DNA of 64,000 bases. Origin: Cyanobacteriota bacterium (GTDB lineage Bacteria; Cyanobacteriota; Cyanobacteriia; PCC-6307; Cyanobiaceae). Below the pieces are notes generated by a model that worked only from the letters and a program-made list of their open reading frames with translations, was not told the origin of the DNA and made no database searches. A program made the translations under genes and the position numbers. Positions within the stretch are counted from its first letter, which is position 1. Every line of letters begins with the position of its first letter. Positions 38,796 through 49,755 of the stretch are shown in pieces. The DNA lies in the NCBI GenBank assembly GCA_046052125.1, contig JBJOMY010000001.1, positions 32,001 through 96,000 of the forward strand, in the 5' to 3' direction.

Positions 38796-39986
38796 TTGGC
38801 AACCTCCACTCCCTCCGTGTCCGATCGGCACCGTCTGAACCTCGGCCCGATCGCCACACCGGATCGGTTGTTGCTGGGGCCAGGCCCCTCGAATGCTCAC
38901 CCCACGGTGCTGCAGGCCCTGAGCCGCACACCGATCGGTCACCTGGACCCTCTCTACGTCGCCCTGATGGGCGAGGTTCAGGAACTGCTTCGCTACGTGT
39001 GGCAAACCGACAATCGCCTCACCTTGCCGATGAGCGGCACCGGCTCGGCGGCGATGGAGGCCACGATCGCCAACATGGTGGAGCCTGGCGACACCGTGCT
39101 AGTGGCCGTGAAGGGCTACTTCGGCCTGCGCCTGCAGGACATGGCCGGCCGCTACCGCGCCGATGTGCGCACGATTGAAAAGCCCTGGGGCGAAGCCTTC
39201 ACGCTCGAGGAGATCGAAGCCGGTCTCAAGCAGCACCGCCCCAAGATCCTGGCGATGGTGCACGCCGAAACCTCCACCGGCGTCCGCCAGCCCATGGAGG
39301 GCATTGGTGATCTCTGCCGTCAGTACGACTGCCTGCTCCTGCTCGACACCGTGACCTCCCTCGGTGCGGTACCGCTCTACCTCGATGAGTGGAAGGTGGA
39401 TCTGGCCTATAGCTGCAGCCAGAAAGGTCTGAGCTGCCCTCCCGGCCTCGGCCCCTTCACCATGGGTCCCCGCGCTGAGGAGAAGCTCGCCGCCCGCACC
39501 GGCAAGGTGCCCAACTGGTACCTGGACGTGAGCCTGCTCAATCAGTACTGGGGGAGCGACCGTGTGTATCACCACACCGCCCCGGTGAACATGAACTTCG
39601 GCATGCGCGAAGCCCTGCGCTTGATCGCCGAGGAAGGCCTTGAGAATGTGTGGGAGCGCCACCGCCTGAACGCCGAGCGCCTCTGGTCTGGCCTTGAGGC
39701 TCTGGGTCTTGAGTGTCACGTGTCGGCGGAGCTGCGGCTGCCCACCCTCACCACGGTTCGAATCCCTGAAGGTGTGGATGGCAAAGCCTTCACCCTTCAC
39801 CTGCTCAACAATCACGGCATTGAGGTGGGCGGCGGCCTCGGCGCCCTGGCCGGCAAGGTGTGGCGGATCGGCCTGATGGGCTACAACAGCCGCGAAGACA
39901 ACGTGGATCGCCTGCTTAACCTGATCGAGCAGGAATTGCCGGCGTTCCGCTCCGCTGCTCCCGCTGTTGCAGCCGCCGCTGCTTGA
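38796..39986 (+). CDS. Alanine/serine-glyoxylate aminotransferase (class V PLP)
   Basis: LLGPGP, SGTGSAAME, HAETSTGV, SQKGL and WRIGLMG. Confidence 0.93.
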   Translation: MATSTPSVSDRHRLNLGPIATPDRLLLGPGPSNAHPTVLQALSRTPIGHLDPLYVALMGEVQELLRYVWQTDNRLTLPMSGTGSAAMEATIANMVEPGDTVLVAVKGYFGLRLQDMAGRYRADVRTIEKPWGEAFTLEEIEAGLKQHRPKILAMVHAETSTGVRQPMEGIGDLCRQYDCLLLLDTVTSLGAVPLYLDEWKVDLAYSCSQKGLSCPPGLGPFTMGPRAEEKLAARTGKVPNWYLDVSLLNQYWGSDRVYHHTAPVNMNFGMREALRLIAEEGLENVWERHRLNAERLWSGLEALGLECHVSAELRLPTLTTVRIPEGVDGKAFTLHLLNNHGIEVGGGLGALAGKVWRIGLMGYNSREDNVDRLLNLIEQELPAFRSAAPAVAAAAA

Positions 39987-40401
39987 ACCAGCCCTCCAGC
40001 TGAGCGGCACAGGCCTCAGCTTCCAGCCCACCCTGCACCTGCATGTGGTGGTGGGCACTGGGGTCTTGGCTCAGATCGAGAACACCACCCAGGCCACCTC
40101 GCTTGGGATCGGTGGCGCCAAACACCACTCGTCCAACCCGCGCCTGCACCAGGGCTCCGGCACACATCGGGCAGGGCTCGAGGGTCACGATCAAGGTGCA
40201 GTCGTTGAAGCGCCAGTCCTGGCGCAGCCGGGCGGCCTGCTGGAGCGCCATCAGCTCGGCATGGCCCAACGGGTGTTGATCGTGCTCCCGCCGGTTACTG
40301 CCCCAGCCCACGGCCAGGCCGCTGCCATCCAGCACCACTGCAGCCACGGGAATTTCACCCTCGGCCCCCACCGCCGCTGCGCGCCGCAGCAGGCGCCGCA
40401 T
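39916..40401 (-). CDS. tadA: tRNA adenosine deaminase-like nucleoside deaminase
   Basis: GHAE and TLEPCPMC zinc motifs. Start uncertain. Confidence 0.88.
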   Translation of the reverse strand: MRRLLRRAAAVGAEGEIPVAAVVLDGSGLAVGWGSNRREHDQHPLGHAELMALQQAARLRQDWRFNDCTLIVTLEPCPMCAGALVQARVGRVVFGATDPKRGGLGGVLDLSQDPSAHHHMQVQGGLEAEACAAQLEGWFKQRRLQQREQRSGTPAIPARSG

Positions 40402-40453
40402 CCACAGGCCCTCCACCGCGTGCCCCAGAACCCCACTCCAAGCTGTCTGAACA

Positions 40454-41938
40454 ATGGCAGCGTCTGACCCCACCCCGCCATTCGAGACAATGGGGGACAT
40501 CAGCGGCGCAGCTTTGGCTCCAGCCCAGCAGCACGAGCCCTCAGCAGCAGCGCGTCTGCCGGTGTTTCCGGATCCCAGGCAGCTGGATCCGGTTCTTTCC
40601 GATTTCCTGCATCAGGCCACCCAGCAGTTATGCCACTGGTGGGCTGACTCCGCCCAGCGCTCGCCGTTACCTCTCCTGAGCGTGCTGCCAGAGGTGGCGC
40701 CAGGAGTGGAGGGTTTGGCTCCATCCGCTCTGCTGGATGACCTCCAACTGGTGATGGATGGCGCCTTTAATCCGGTGCATCCGGGCTCGATGGCGCACCT
40801 GGATCCGCCGCCGCTCACAGCCTCTGTGGCTGCGGATCTGATCTGCGCTGGCCTCAACAACAATCTGCTCGCTGAGGAGCTCTCCCCCAGCCTGTCGCGC
40901 TTGGAGCGCAGCCTGTGCGGCTGGATGGCGTCGTCCCTGGGGCTTGGTGATCAGGCGGGGGGCGTTGCCGCCAGTGGCGGCAGCCTCAGCAATCTGATGG
41001 CCTTGGTGGTGGCGCGGCGGCAACGCGCTTTGGCGGGTGTGGATCAAGCGCTGGTGTTCTGCAGCGCCGATGCCCATGTGTCGATCGCCAAGGCGCTCGC
41101 GGTCATGGGCTTGCCCGCCAGTGCCCTGCGCCCGATTGCGGTGGATGCCCATGGCGCCCTGTGCCTGGATCGACTGGCGGATGCGCTCGATCAGGCGGAT
41201 GCAGCGGGGACCCCTGTGCTGGCGGTGGTGGCCACGGCTGGCACCACCGTGCGCGGTGCCGTGGATCCCTTGGCGCCAATCGCCGCTCTGTGCAGGCCGC
41301 GCGGCATCTGGCTGCATGTGGATGGAGCCATTGGTGCGGTGTTTGGGCTGAGCAGCAGCCAGCCAGCGCTGGTGCCGGATCTGGGCGTGGCCGATTCGCT
41401 CACCGTGAATCCCCAGAAGCTGCTGGGCATCACCAAAACCTCATCTCTGCTCTTGTTGCGTGAGCCCGAAGCCCTGGCGAGCTGTTTCGCCACCGGTCTG
41501 CCCTACATGGAGCCGAGTTGGGCCGATGCCCATGGCGGTGAGTGTGGGCTGCAGGGCACCCGCCCGGCTGAAGTGCTCAAGCTCTGGCTTGGCCTTCGCC
41601 AGCTGGGGCTTAGAGGGATCGAGCAATTGCTCGAGGGAGCGGTGAGCCGCCGTGCTCAACTGCAGAGCCTGTTGGCTCCGCTCCCACTTGAGCTGAGCAG
41701 CGGCCCCCTGCATCTGCTGGCTTTCACACCGAACGAGCTCGATGCAGCCGCATCAGACCTTTGGTCGCAGCAAACCCGTCAGCGGCTGCTCGAGCGGCAG
41801 TTGATGCTCTCGCGCCCCCACTACCGCGGCCGCCACCACCTCAAGGCGGTGCTGGGCAACCCTTACACCGGCTTGGCAGAACTGGAGGCGGTTGCTGAGG
41901 TGGTGGCTGACTCCTTCTCGCTTGCACCCCTCGACTGA
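40454..41938 (+). CDS. Group II PLP-dependent decarboxylase
   Basis: SGGSLSN, AHVS, TAGTT..GAVD, LHVDGA and NPQK. Start uncertain. Confidence 0.9.
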   Translation: MAASDPTPPFETMGDISGAALAPAQQHEPSAAARLPVFPDPRQLDPVLSDFLHQATQQLCHWWADSAQRSPLPLLSVLPEVAPGVEGLAPSALLDDLQLVMDGAFNPVHPGSMAHLDPPPLTASVAADLICAGLNNNLLAEELSPSLSRLERSLCGWMASSLGLGDQAGGVAASGGSLSNLMALVVARRQRALAGVDQALVFCSADAHVSIAKALAVMGLPASALRPIAVDAHGALCLDRLADALDQADAAGTPVLAVVATAGTTVRGAVDPLAPIAALCRPRGIWLHVDGAIGAVFGLSSSQPALVPDLGVADSLTVNPQKLLGITKTSSLLLLREPEALASCFATGLPYMEPSWADAHGGECGLQGTRPAEVLKLWLGLRQLGLRGIEQLLEGAVSRRAQLQSLLAPLPLELSSGPLHLLAFTPNELDAAASDLWSQQTRQRLLERQLMLSRPHYRGRHHLKAVLGNPYTGLAELEAVAEVVADSFSLAPLD

Positions 41939-42162
41939 TGAGCACTCCTCCGACCCGCGGCCGCTGGGTGGCCATCGTGACGGGCGCCATTTCCATCCTG
42001 ATTGCAGCGGCCTACCTGGTGTTGATCACCGTGCTCGATGCGCGGGGCCCCCTGCAGCCACCTCCTCCTGAGGCGCTCGGGCTGGCGCCTAGCGCCCCCC
42101 AGGTTGGGGCGGCAGCCGCTCCTGCTTCTGCTGACGCTGCAACGGTTCCACAACGCGGTTGA
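41938..42162 (+). CDS. Small conserved membrane protein
   Basis: TGATG coupling to the upstream gene; VAIVTGAISILIAAAYLVLITVLD.RG helix. Confidence 0.7.
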   Translation: MSTPPTRGRWVAIVTGAISILIAAAYLVLITVLDARGPLQPPPPEALGLAPSAPQVGAAAAPASADAATVPQRG

Positions 42163-43666
42163 AGGCCGCTGCCAGAAAAGCGCTCAGCGCGGAATCGCGG
42201 CGGTTGAGGTCGTATTGGCGCTGCACCACGTCCTGGATGCCGCCGTCGCCCCAATCCTGGTCCTGTTCGAAATAGGTGATGAAGCTGCGCCCGGCCACCC
42301 GGGTGAGCCAGCCCGCCCCCACCGCTTGAACCGCCCGGCTCAGCACCAGGGCGGGCACATTTAGGCTGAGGGCTGCGCTGATCAGTCCCATTCCCCCTTT
42401 GATCACGCCAAGGCTGGCGAGCGTGCGCCCCACCGACACCGCCAGCTCCTGGGCGGCCGGGCGACTCAAGCTGATGCCGTAGATCCGGCCGATCTCCACC
42501 ACCATCTGGGCATTCATCGCCGCTGCACCCAGCAGGTCAACGCCTGGCAGCGGTGTGGCCGCAATCACCCCGGCGCTGATCCAGCTGTAGCGATCCACCA
42601 CCGTGTTGGCATCTTGTTGGCGCTGCTCGTTGAGCAGCCTGCGCCCGGCCTCGCTGAGCCGGCGACTCTGCAACAGGATGTTGTCGGCGATCAGCTCCTC
42701 GCCGTCGCTGTGCAGCACTTGAGCGATGCGACGCAACAGCGCATCAATCTCAGGCTCGGGCTGTAAGGGCTTGCCACCGGGCATCGGCACCGATTGCGGT
42801 GCGGCGCTGGCGGGAATCACATCTTCAGCAGCAATTTTTCCCTGGCAGCGCCGGCGCAGCAACGCGAGCAGGCGCTGCTCCTCATCGCGGCCGCGCAGAT
42901 CGCACTTGTTGAGCACCAGCAGCAGCCGTTTGCCCAATTGCGCGAGTGCGGCAAACACCTCCTGCTCCGCCGCCCGCAGATCGCCATCCACCACCAGCAC
43001 CAGCAGGTCGGCATTGGCGGCTTCCGCGCGGGCCTGCTGTTCCCGCCGCTGCCCCTCACTGCCAGCTTCCAGGATCCCGGGTGTGTCCACCAGCTTGAGC
43101 CCACGGCTGAGGTTGCGCAGCCTCAGGCGGTAGCTCACGCAGGCATCCGTGGATCCCATCGCCGCGCCCACCTGCCCCACCACGTCCTTCAGCAGCGCGC
43201 GAATCAGCGAGGTTTTGCCGGCTGAGCCGGTGCCGAACACCACCACCAGTAGATCGCCGCGCTCTAGTTCGGCTGCGACCCGCTGCCGTTCCTGTTGCAG
43301 TGCTTCCCGTTGCACCTCATCGCGAATCCGCTCCAGGAGTTGATCCACGGCCTCGAGTTGCTGTTGCGCCGCCTCCTGGCGGTTACCCGGTGGTGGCGGC
43401 AGAGCAGAGCTTGCCGTTTTGGTGCTTCGGTTGGGCATCCGCCAGCCATTGCGGCGCCAGGCCTCCAGCCACGGCCAGGCCACCCGCGCCATCAGCAAGG
43501 TGGCGCCTCCGAACAGCAGGAGCGTGAACGGACCCACCAGCCAGGCCGGCAGCAGATAGCTCAGCTGCCAGATCAGGTTGTTCACGGCCTGCAGCACGGC
43601 GGTGATCACCACCAGCACCAGCAGCCCCCCGCCGAGCCAGAGCCAGAGCCGCGCAGGTGCTTTCAC
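42089..43666 (-). CDS. GTP-binding protein with a YcjF/DUF697 domain
   Basis: G1 GTGSAGKTS, G3 DTPG, G4 NKCD; PLPGVDL C-terminal domain. Confidence 0.88.
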   Translation of the reverse strand: MKAPARLWLWLGGGLLVLVVITAVLQAVNNLIWQLSYLLPAWLVGPFTLLLFGGATLLMARVAWPWLEAWRRNGWRMPNRSTKTASSALPPPPGNRQEAAQQQLEAVDQLLERIRDEVQREALQQERQRVAAELERGDLLVVVFGTGSAGKTSLIRALLKDVVGQVGAAMGSTDACVSYRLRLRNLSRGLKLVDTPGILEAGSEGQRREQQARAEAANADLLVLVVDGDLRAAEQEVFAALAQLGKRLLLVLNKCDLRGRDEEQRLLALLRRRCQGKIAAEDVIPASAAPQSVPMPGGKPLQPEPEIDALLRRIAQVLHSDGEELIADNILLQSRRLSEAGRRLLNEQRQQDANTVVDRYSWISAGVIAATPLPGVDLLGAAAMNAQMVVEIGRIYGISLSRPAAQELAVSVGRTLASLGVIKGGMGLISAALSLNVPALVLSRAVQAVGAGWLTRVAGRSFITYFEQDQDWGDGGIQDVVQRQYDLNRRDSALSAFLAAAFNRVVEPLQRQQKQERLPPQPGGR

Positions 43667-43678
43667 GGGATCAGGGCC

Positions 43679-45808
43679 TCAGCGCAGGGTGGTGCCGCGA
43701 TCGAGGCTGCCTCGACCGGCTGAGCGGATGATCTCGCCCCAGAGCTCAGCCGCCAAGGCACTGCTCGCACCCGTGGGGCTGTTGTCGTCATTGCCGAGCC
43801 ACACGCCTGCCACCCAGTGGCGGCTGGGTTCGTAGCCAATGAAGAGCAGATCCCGGCCGTCGTTGGTGGTGCCGGTTTTGCCGCCCTCCTCTCCGCCCAG
43901 CCGTGCAGCCCGGCCGGTGCCATGGCGCACCACGCTGCGCAGCAGGCCTTGCATCTGGCGCGCCTGCGCTTCGCTGAGCACCCGCCGCCCGGTCGTGAGG
44001 CGTTGCTCTGAGCCGTTGGATCCCGTGCGCTGTTGCTCCGCATCGGTCAGTTGCCGGATGGTGGTGGCTGGGTGCCAAATGCCGTTGTTGGCCACGGCGC
44101 CATAGGCCGCCGTGAGCTCGATCAACAGCACTTCCGCCTGGCCGAGGGCCAGGCCCGGCACCGGTTCGAGCGGGCTGGTGATGCCCAGCCGGCGGGCGGT
44201 CTCCACCAAGCGCTCCAGCCCGACGCGACGGGCCAGGCGCAGGGCTGCTGTGTTGCTCGAGCTGGCGAAGGCCGATTGCAGGCTCAGGCTGCCGCCGCAA
44301 CCGCTCTCAAAGCGTTGCCCTCCCCATTCGAGCGGGCCACAGCCCACGGAATCGCTGGGTTGAATCCCCAGCTCCAGCGCCGCCAGATAGGCAAACAGCT
44401 TGAAGGTGCTTCCCGGTTGGCGCAGGGCCATGCTCGCCCGGTTGTATTGGCTCTGGCTGTAGTCCCGTCCACCAGCGATGGCCAGAACGCCGCCGCTGCG
44501 GCTGTCGAGCACCACCACCGCCCCCTGCTGAGGCCCAGCGCCGGAGTTGAGCAGGTTGCGCAGGCGCCGCTCCACCACCTGCTGCAGAACTGGATCGAGG
44601 TAGGTGCTCACCAGGAAGTTGCCCTCCGCGGCCACATCCGCCCCGAGTAACGCCTCGAGATCGCGCTTCACCTGATCGGTGTAGAAGGGCACCGGCTGCC
44701 CTGTTCCCGCGGCGTCGGCGCTGCAGGCTTGGGGTGCCAATCGCAGCGGTTGTCGCCGGGCCCGCCTGGCCTGCACTTGGCCCAGACGGCCGGCCTCCAC
44801 CATCTTCAGCAGCACCCGGTTGCGTGCATTCAGCGCTCCCTGGGGGTTGCTGCAGGGGTCAAAGCCATGGGGTGAAGGGAGCAGGCCCACCAGGAGAGCG
44901 GCCTCCTCCAACTGCAGCTGGCGCGCTGGCTTGGCGAAATAGCGGCGCGAAGCGTCTTCGAATCCCCAGCCAACCCCGAGATACACCCGGTTGAGATAGC
45001 TGAGCAGCAGATCGCGTTTGCTGTGGCCGGCTTCGAGCTGCAGGGCAACCAGCAGTTCGCGCCATTTGCGCCCCAGGGTTTCACCGCGCCCCACCTGCTC
45101 GGGATAGAGGCTGCGGGCCAATTGTTGGGTGAGGGTGCTGCCGCCCTCCAGCACCCGTCCGCCGCTGAGGTTGGTGACCAACGCCCGTGCCGTGCCGATC
45201 GGGTCAATGCCTGGGTGCCACCAGAACCGGCTGTCTTCGCTGGCCAGCAGCGCGTCCACCAGCACCGCTGGATAGCCGTTCAGAGCGCGCTGTTCTTGAT
45301 GCTGCTGGGAGTCCGCGGCGATTAACGGCCGATCCGCGCCGTCGAACAGCAACACCGGCCCACGGCTAGCGCCGAGACCCGCGCGAATCGGCACCTGCAG
45401 GCGCCCGAGGCCCAACAGCGCCAATCCGCTGATCGCCACCGCTGCCACAGCTGCGCTACCCCCAAGGCGCAACCGCTGCCAGAGGCGCCGCGCCGGTTGA
45501 TGAAACTCCATCTCGGCACTGGCCTCATCGGCATCCGGGGCCAACTGGATCCGATCGCCGTCGCAGAGCAGCAGTTGTTGGATGCGGCGGCCCCGCCACC
45601 AGAGGCCATTGGTGGATTGGAGATCACTCAGCAGCCAGGCATCGCCCACCTGCTCGAGCAGGGCATGCTGCAAGCTCACGCCGGGGGCATCAAGGCGGAT
45701 CTCCGCTGAGGGATCGCGGCCAATGCGGTAGGCCCCGCTCACCAAGGTGAGGCGTTGAGAAGAGGCGCCGCTGACGGACCAGCGAAGCTCAGCGGGCCGG
45801 GCGGTCAT
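43679..45808 (-). CDS. Class A penicillin-binding protein with an N-terminal FHA domain
   Basis: FHA IGR...VS..HA...STNG, transglycosylase EDSRF and GGSTLTQQL, transpeptidase STFK, SSN and KTG. Confidence 0.92.
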   Translation of the reverse strand: MTARPAELRWSVSGASSQRLTLVSGAYRIGRDPSAEIRLDAPGVSLQHALLEQVGDAWLLSDLQSTNGLWWRGRRIQQLLLCDGDRIQLAPDADEASAEMEFHQPARRLWQRLRLGGSAAVAAVAISGLALLGLGRLQVPIRAGLGASRGPVLLFDGADRPLIAADSQQHQEQRALNGYPAVLVDALLASEDSRFWWHPGIDPIGTARALVTNLSGGRVLEGGSTLTQQLARSLYPEQVGRGETLGRKWRELLVALQLEAGHSKRDLLLSYLNRVYLGVGWGFEDASRRYFAKPARQLQLEEAALLVGLLPSPHGFDPCSNPQGALNARNRVLLKMVEAGRLGQVQARRARRQPLRLAPQACSADAAGTGQPVPFYTDQVKRDLEALLGADVAAEGNFLVSTYLDPVLQQVVERRLRNLLNSGAGPQQGAVVVLDSRSGGVLAIAGGRDYSQSQYNRASMALRQPGSTFKLFAYLAALELGIQPSDSVGCGPLEWGGQRFESGCGGSLSLQSAFASSSNTAALRLARRVGLERLVETARRLGITSPLEPVPGLALGQAEVLLIELTAAYGAVANNGIWHPATTIRQLTDAEQQRTGSNGSEQRLTTGRRVLSEAQARQMQGLLRSVVRHGTGRAARLGGEEGGKTGTTNDGRDLLFIGYEPSRHWVAGVWLGNDDNSPTGASSALAAELWGEIIRSAGRGSLDRGTTLR

Positions 45809-46259
45809 GGCGCCCATCCTGACGGCGGAGCAGATCGATCAGCAGGCAAAGCACCGCCAGGTTGATGGCGGTGTCGGCCAGGTTGAACACCGGGAAGCTG
45901 ATCGGCACGAACTCGAGGAAATCCACCACGCTGCCGAGGCGCCAGCGATCTAGGCCGTTGCCGATCGCTCCGCCGAGCAGCAGCCCTAAGCCCAGGCTTT
46001 GCCAGCGGCTCAGAGAACCACTGGTTTGAATCCACCACACCAGCGCCAGCGCCACCACGGCGCTCACCAGACCGAGGCCAAAGGCATTGCCCTCGAGCAT
46101 GCTGAAGGCGGCTCCGGTGTTGAACACCAGCCTCTGCTGCAGCAGCCCGGGGATCAACGGCTGAACCCCGCGCCCGCTGAGCTGGTGCAGGGCCCAGAGT
46201 TTGCTGAGCTGATCGCTCACCACCACCACCAGAGCGGTGAGATAGGCGCGGCGGATCAT
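45789..46259 (-). CDS. lspA: Lipoprotein signal peptidase II
   Basis: DQLSK, NTGAAFS, GGAIGN..DR, VVDF and FNLAD. Confidence 0.95.
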   Translation of the reverse strand: MIRRAYLTALVVVVSDQLSKLWALHQLSGRGVQPLIPGLLQQRLVFNTGAAFSMLEGNAFGLGLVSAVVALALVWWIQTSGSLSRWQSLGLGLLLGGAIGNGLDRWRLGSVVDFLEFVPISFPVFNLADTAINLAVLCLLIDLLRRQDGRHDRPAR

Positions 46260-46828
46260 CACTCCAGCAGCAGCAGACGCCTGAGGGCTAGGGCGACAAG
46301 CCCCACGGCGCAGCAGAGCAACAACTGAGGCAGCAGTGGGCCAAAGCTGTAGTTGATCAACAACTGAGGCAACGCTCCGTTCCAGCGTCCTACCAGACCG
46401 CCCAACAGAAGATTGGTCAGCCCGCACAGCTGAAGCACCAGCAACCCGAGAACGGCAGCGCCTGTGAGGCTGAGGACGTTGTCCATCCCCGGCTGTTTGG
46501 CGATCCGACCACTCAGCCAGGCAGCTGGCAAAAAGCCGGCGATGTAGCCAAACCCTGGATCCAACAGGTAGTTGAGGCCGCCACCGGCCTGGAACACGGG
46601 CAGCTGAAACAGGCCCAGGCTGATGTAGGCCACACCGGCCAACATCGCCGAACGGGCCCCACACACCAAGGCGGTGAGCAGCAGGGCAGGCACCTGAAGG
46701 GTGATCGGTAGCGGGATCAGCGCAAAGCCGCTGGCGCCATAGCCAGGCAGGGCGGCCTGAACCAGCCCACCGCAGATGATCAGCAACAACCCGGCAACGG
46801 CACCGCTCCAGTTGGTGAGGGCTCGCAC
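46259..46828 (-). CDS. bioY: Biotin transporter BioY
   Basis: P.TLQV, Y..LGL..LPVF..GGG and P.FGYI.GF. Confidence 0.88.
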   Translation of the reverse strand: MRALTNWSGAVAGLLLIICGGLVQAALPGYGASGFALIPLPITLQVPALLLTALVCGARSAMLAGVAYISLGLFQLPVFQAGGGLNYLLDPGFGYIAGFLPAAWLSGRIAKQPGMDNVLSLTGAAVLGLLVLQLCGLTNLLLGGLVGRWNGALPQLLINYSFGPLLPQLLLCCAVGLVALALRRLLLLE

Positions 46829-46894
46829 GACAGGCCTGTGTGATGACTCCCATCCTGCAGGAGAGTGGTTGCTTCGCAACCGTTCGTTGGTGGA

Positions 46895-47134
46895 ATGACG
46901 GATCCTGCAGACGCCTCCCTGCCTTTCCCGATCGGATCCCAGGTGCGGCTGCGCAGCCTTCCGGCCTATCTCAAAACCGCTGACCCCATGCCGATGCTGC
47001 GGCCGCCGGATCTGGTGGATGCCGCTGAGGTGGGTGAAGTGGTGGGTCTTCGGGCGCTGGAGCAACTGGCGGTGCGGTTTCGCCGCGGCACCTTTCTGCT
47101 GGAGGCCCGTCAGCTCGAACCGGCCAGAGACTGA
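46895..47134 (+). CDS. sipA: SipA (DUF3148), NblS/Hik33-interacting protein
   Basis: YLKTADPMPMLRPPDLV and AVRF.RG.FL. Confidence 0.88.
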   Translation: MTDPADASLPFPIGSQVRLRSLPAYLKTADPMPMLRPPDLVDAAEVGEVVGLRALEQLAVRFRRGTFLLEARQLEPARD

Positions 47135-48423
47135 GGCTGCGAACGGCTCAGGCTGTGCCGCCGCCAGACGGCTTCGGCCTGCTCCAGGGCTGAGGCCGGT
47201 CCGCAGAGGCTGAGGCTGGGTGCCGCCAGGAGCGTGCGGGCTGCAGCCAGAAGATCGTCCGGGCGCAGCTGAGAGGCTTCCGCCAGGCTGCGGTCGGCAA
47301 AATCAAAGGGCAAGCCGTGACCCAACACCAGGGCATGGCGATCGGCAATTTGGCTGCTGGTCTGGCGGCCTAGGGCTTCCTGGCCGCGGAACTTCGCTAA
47401 CGCCAGCTCCAGCTCCGCTTCGCTGATCGGTTGATCGAGCAGCCGTTGCCACTCCTGCAGGAGTTCTGTGGTGGCTTCAGCGGCACGCTCGCTGCTGCTG
47501 GAGAGGTGAAACACGAAGGGGGCATCGCCCAGGCGCGCTGGGAAGTGCACGCCCACGTCGTAGGCGAGGCCGTGTTCTTCCCGGAGTGCTACGAACAAGC
47601 GGCTCGACATGCCCACCCCCAGGTGGCAGTGCAGCAACCGCAGTGCCAGGGCCTGAGGCGCGCCCAAAGGCGTGGTGGTGGCACCAAGCATCAGCACCAG
47701 CTGTTCGGTGTCGTCGTTGCTGAGGGCAATGGCGGGTTGGTTCGCACCTTGCGGGCCACTGCTGCGCCGCGGGGGCTGGCACGGCCAGTGGGCATCGGTG
47801 ACGCCGGCGAGCAGCAGCTCCTCCACGTTGGCGGGGATCTCACCGGCCAACACCATCACCGCTCCGCTTTGTCCATAGCTGGAGGCGAGCTGCTGGAGCT
47901 GATCGCGCGTAACGCTCCGCAGGTCAGCGTCCACACCCAGCGGATCATGGCCGTAGGGCCCTTCGCCGTAGAGCAGTTGACGCAGCTGATCGTGGGCTAG
48001 TTGGAAGGGGTCTTCCTTCTGGCGCTGCAGCGTTTGCAGGTTGAGTTGCCGCTCCAGATCGATCTGGTCGCTCACCAGCCAGGGTTGCTGGACCATCTGC
48101 AGCAGCAGCGGTAACAGCGATGGGGCATCGCTGCTCGCGCATTTGAGGCTGAGCAAGGTGCCGTCTTCTGCCGCTTCGCAGCGCAGCCCCGCCCCAGAGC
48201 CCTCCACGAGATCGGCCAGGGCATCGCCACTCAAGCTGCCGCAGCCGCGGCTGAGCACACCCGCCAGCAATTGCGCCGCACCGCGCTGACCGCTCGGGTC
48301 GGCGCTGCTGCCGCCGCGCATCCACAACTTCGCCGAGAGGATGCCCGCGCCTGGGCGCTCGATCAGCCAGAGCGGGCAGCCGCCGGGCAGCATGCGGGTC
48401 TGAATCAATCCAGCCGCGCTCAT
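47110..48423 (-). CDS. M16 peptidase, non-catalytic subunit
   Basis: M16-like N-terminus lacking HxxEH (AQLLA at that position); retains SRLF..LRE..GLAY. Confidence 0.85.
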   Translation of the reverse strand: MSAAGLIQTRMLPGGCPLWLIERPGAGILSAKLWMRGGSSADPSGQRGAAQLLAGVLSRGCGSLSGDALADLVEGSGAGLRCEAAEDGTLLSLKCASSDAPSLLPLLLQMVQQPWLVSDQIDLERQLNLQTLQRQKEDPFQLAHDQLRQLLYGEGPYGHDPLGVDADLRSVTRDQLQQLASSYGQSGAVMVLAGEIPANVEELLLAGVTDAHWPCQPPRRSSGPQGANQPAIALSNDDTEQLVLMLGATTTPLGAPQALALRLLHCHLGVGMSSRLFVALREEHGLAYDVGVHFPARLGDAPFVFHLSSSSERAAEATTELLQEWQRLLDQPISEAELELALAKFRGQEALGRQTSSQIADRHALVLGHGLPFDFADRSLAEASQLRPDDLLAAARTLLAAPSLSLCGPASALEQAEAVWRRHSLSRSQPQSLAGSS

Positions 48424-49685
48424 GAGGGCACCGCCTGCAGGCTGAAGGCCCGATCCGGATGCAGCAGAGGAATTACCTCACGGCTCAGCCGATCGCAGCT
48501 CCAGTCGTTGAGCCAGTCGAGCGGGCGCTGCAGGTTGTGGTGCCGGCCCCAGAGCTGGCTGTTGCCCACCATGGCGGCCACGGATCCCGCCACCTCCAGG
48601 CTGAAGCGATAGCCGTTGCCCACCAGGCGCTTGGCGCGCTCGAGCTCCGCCTCTGCGGGTGGTTGTTCGATCAGCTCGAACAACACACGCCGCACCTGCT
48701 GCTCCACCTCCTGCAGCTGCTCGGGCTCACACACCGCCTCCAGCAGCACCAGGCAGCCGGATTCGAGCACGTTGAGATCGAGATCAATGCTCTCCACCAG
48801 CCGCAGCCGCTCGCGCAGCTGCTCCACCAGCCGGCTGCGGCGCCCTTCCGCCAGCAGGGTGGTGAGCAGATCGCCACCCATCACCGTGTCTTGATCAGCG
48901 GCGCCGGGGAGTTGCCAGGCCATCAGCAGCCGGGCTGCCTCCAGGCGCTGCAGCTCAATGCGGGTGTGGCCTGGCTGCAGCTGCAACCTGGGGATCGCGG
49001 CCAAGGGCTCAGCCTTGGCCAGGCTGCTCAGAGGTGAATCGTTGAGCGCGGCATCGAGATCAAGACCCGCCAGCGGACCGGCTAGGGCCAGGCAACAGCG
49101 ATCGGCTCGGTAGTGGCGCTGATGGAAGGCCGCCATCGCCTCGGGGCTGTGGGCCTCGAGCGCGTCCCGGCGGCCCAGGATCGGTAGTCCGTAGGCGTGG
49201 CTGCCGCAGGCCTGGCGCAGCAGCTCTTGAAACGCCACCTCTTCAGGTTGGTCTTCGCTCTGGGCGAGCTCCTCGAGCACCACCTGGCGTTCCATGGCGA
49301 AGTCGTCGCCATCGAGCCGCGGCTGCAGCACCAGATCGAGCAGCAGCTCGAGCGCCTGCGGCGCCGCTTCGGGCGGCATCAGCACGTGGTAGTGCACGTC
49401 GTCGAAGCCCGTGGCGGCATTGCTGTTGCCGCCCAGGGCCTCCACCTTCAGATCGAATTCACCGGCCTCGAGGCTTTGGCTGCCCTTGAACACCATGTGT
49501 TCAAGAAAGTGGGCCAGACCCGATTCATCGCTGCGTTCGCAGGCGCTGCCAGCTCGGCACCACAGATCGAGGCACACCACCGGAGCCTGCGGCAGATCGA
49601 TCTGCACGAGATTCACGCCATTGCCGAGGGTGCGGCGCTGCGGCTCCGGCAACGGCTGGTGAATCAAACCGGGCGACGCGGGCAA
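48420..49685 (-). CDS. M16 (pitrilysin-like) zinc peptidase, catalytic subunit
   Basis: [14 protein letters not shown] inverted zinc motif, NAAT and ERQVVLEE. Confidence 0.92.
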   Translation of the reverse strand: MPASPGLIHQPLPEPQRRTLGNGVNLVQIDLPQAPVVCLDLWCRAGSACERSDESGLAHFLEHMVFKGSQSLEAGEFDLKVEALGGNSNAATGFDDVHYHVLMPPEAAPQALELLLDLVLQPRLDGDDFAMERQVVLEELAQSEDQPEEVAFQELLRQACGSHAYGLPILGRRDALEAHSPEAMAAFHQRHYRADRCCLALAGPLAGLDLDAALNDSPLSSLAKAEPLAAIPRLQLQPGHTRIELQRLEAARLLMAWQLPGAADQDTVMGGDLLTTLLAEGRRSRLVEQLRERLRLVESIDLDLNVLESGCLVLLEAVCEPEQLQEVEQQVRRVLFELIEQPPAEAELERAKRLVGNGYRFSLEVAGSVAAMVGNSQLWGRHHNLQRPLDWLNDWSCDRLSREVIPLLHPDRAFSLQAVPS

Positions 49686-49755
49686 CGGATCGTGCGCTGT
49701 GTCTGAAGCCTCATTCTGCTGTCAGGATCGGCAGCCTGTCGCCGGGGAATCCCCC

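Noticed and set aside
47110..48423. M16 gene lacking HxxEH as a possible pseudogene
   Set aside because: The ORF is intact and coupled to a catalytic paralog; heterodimeric M16B pairs are well known.
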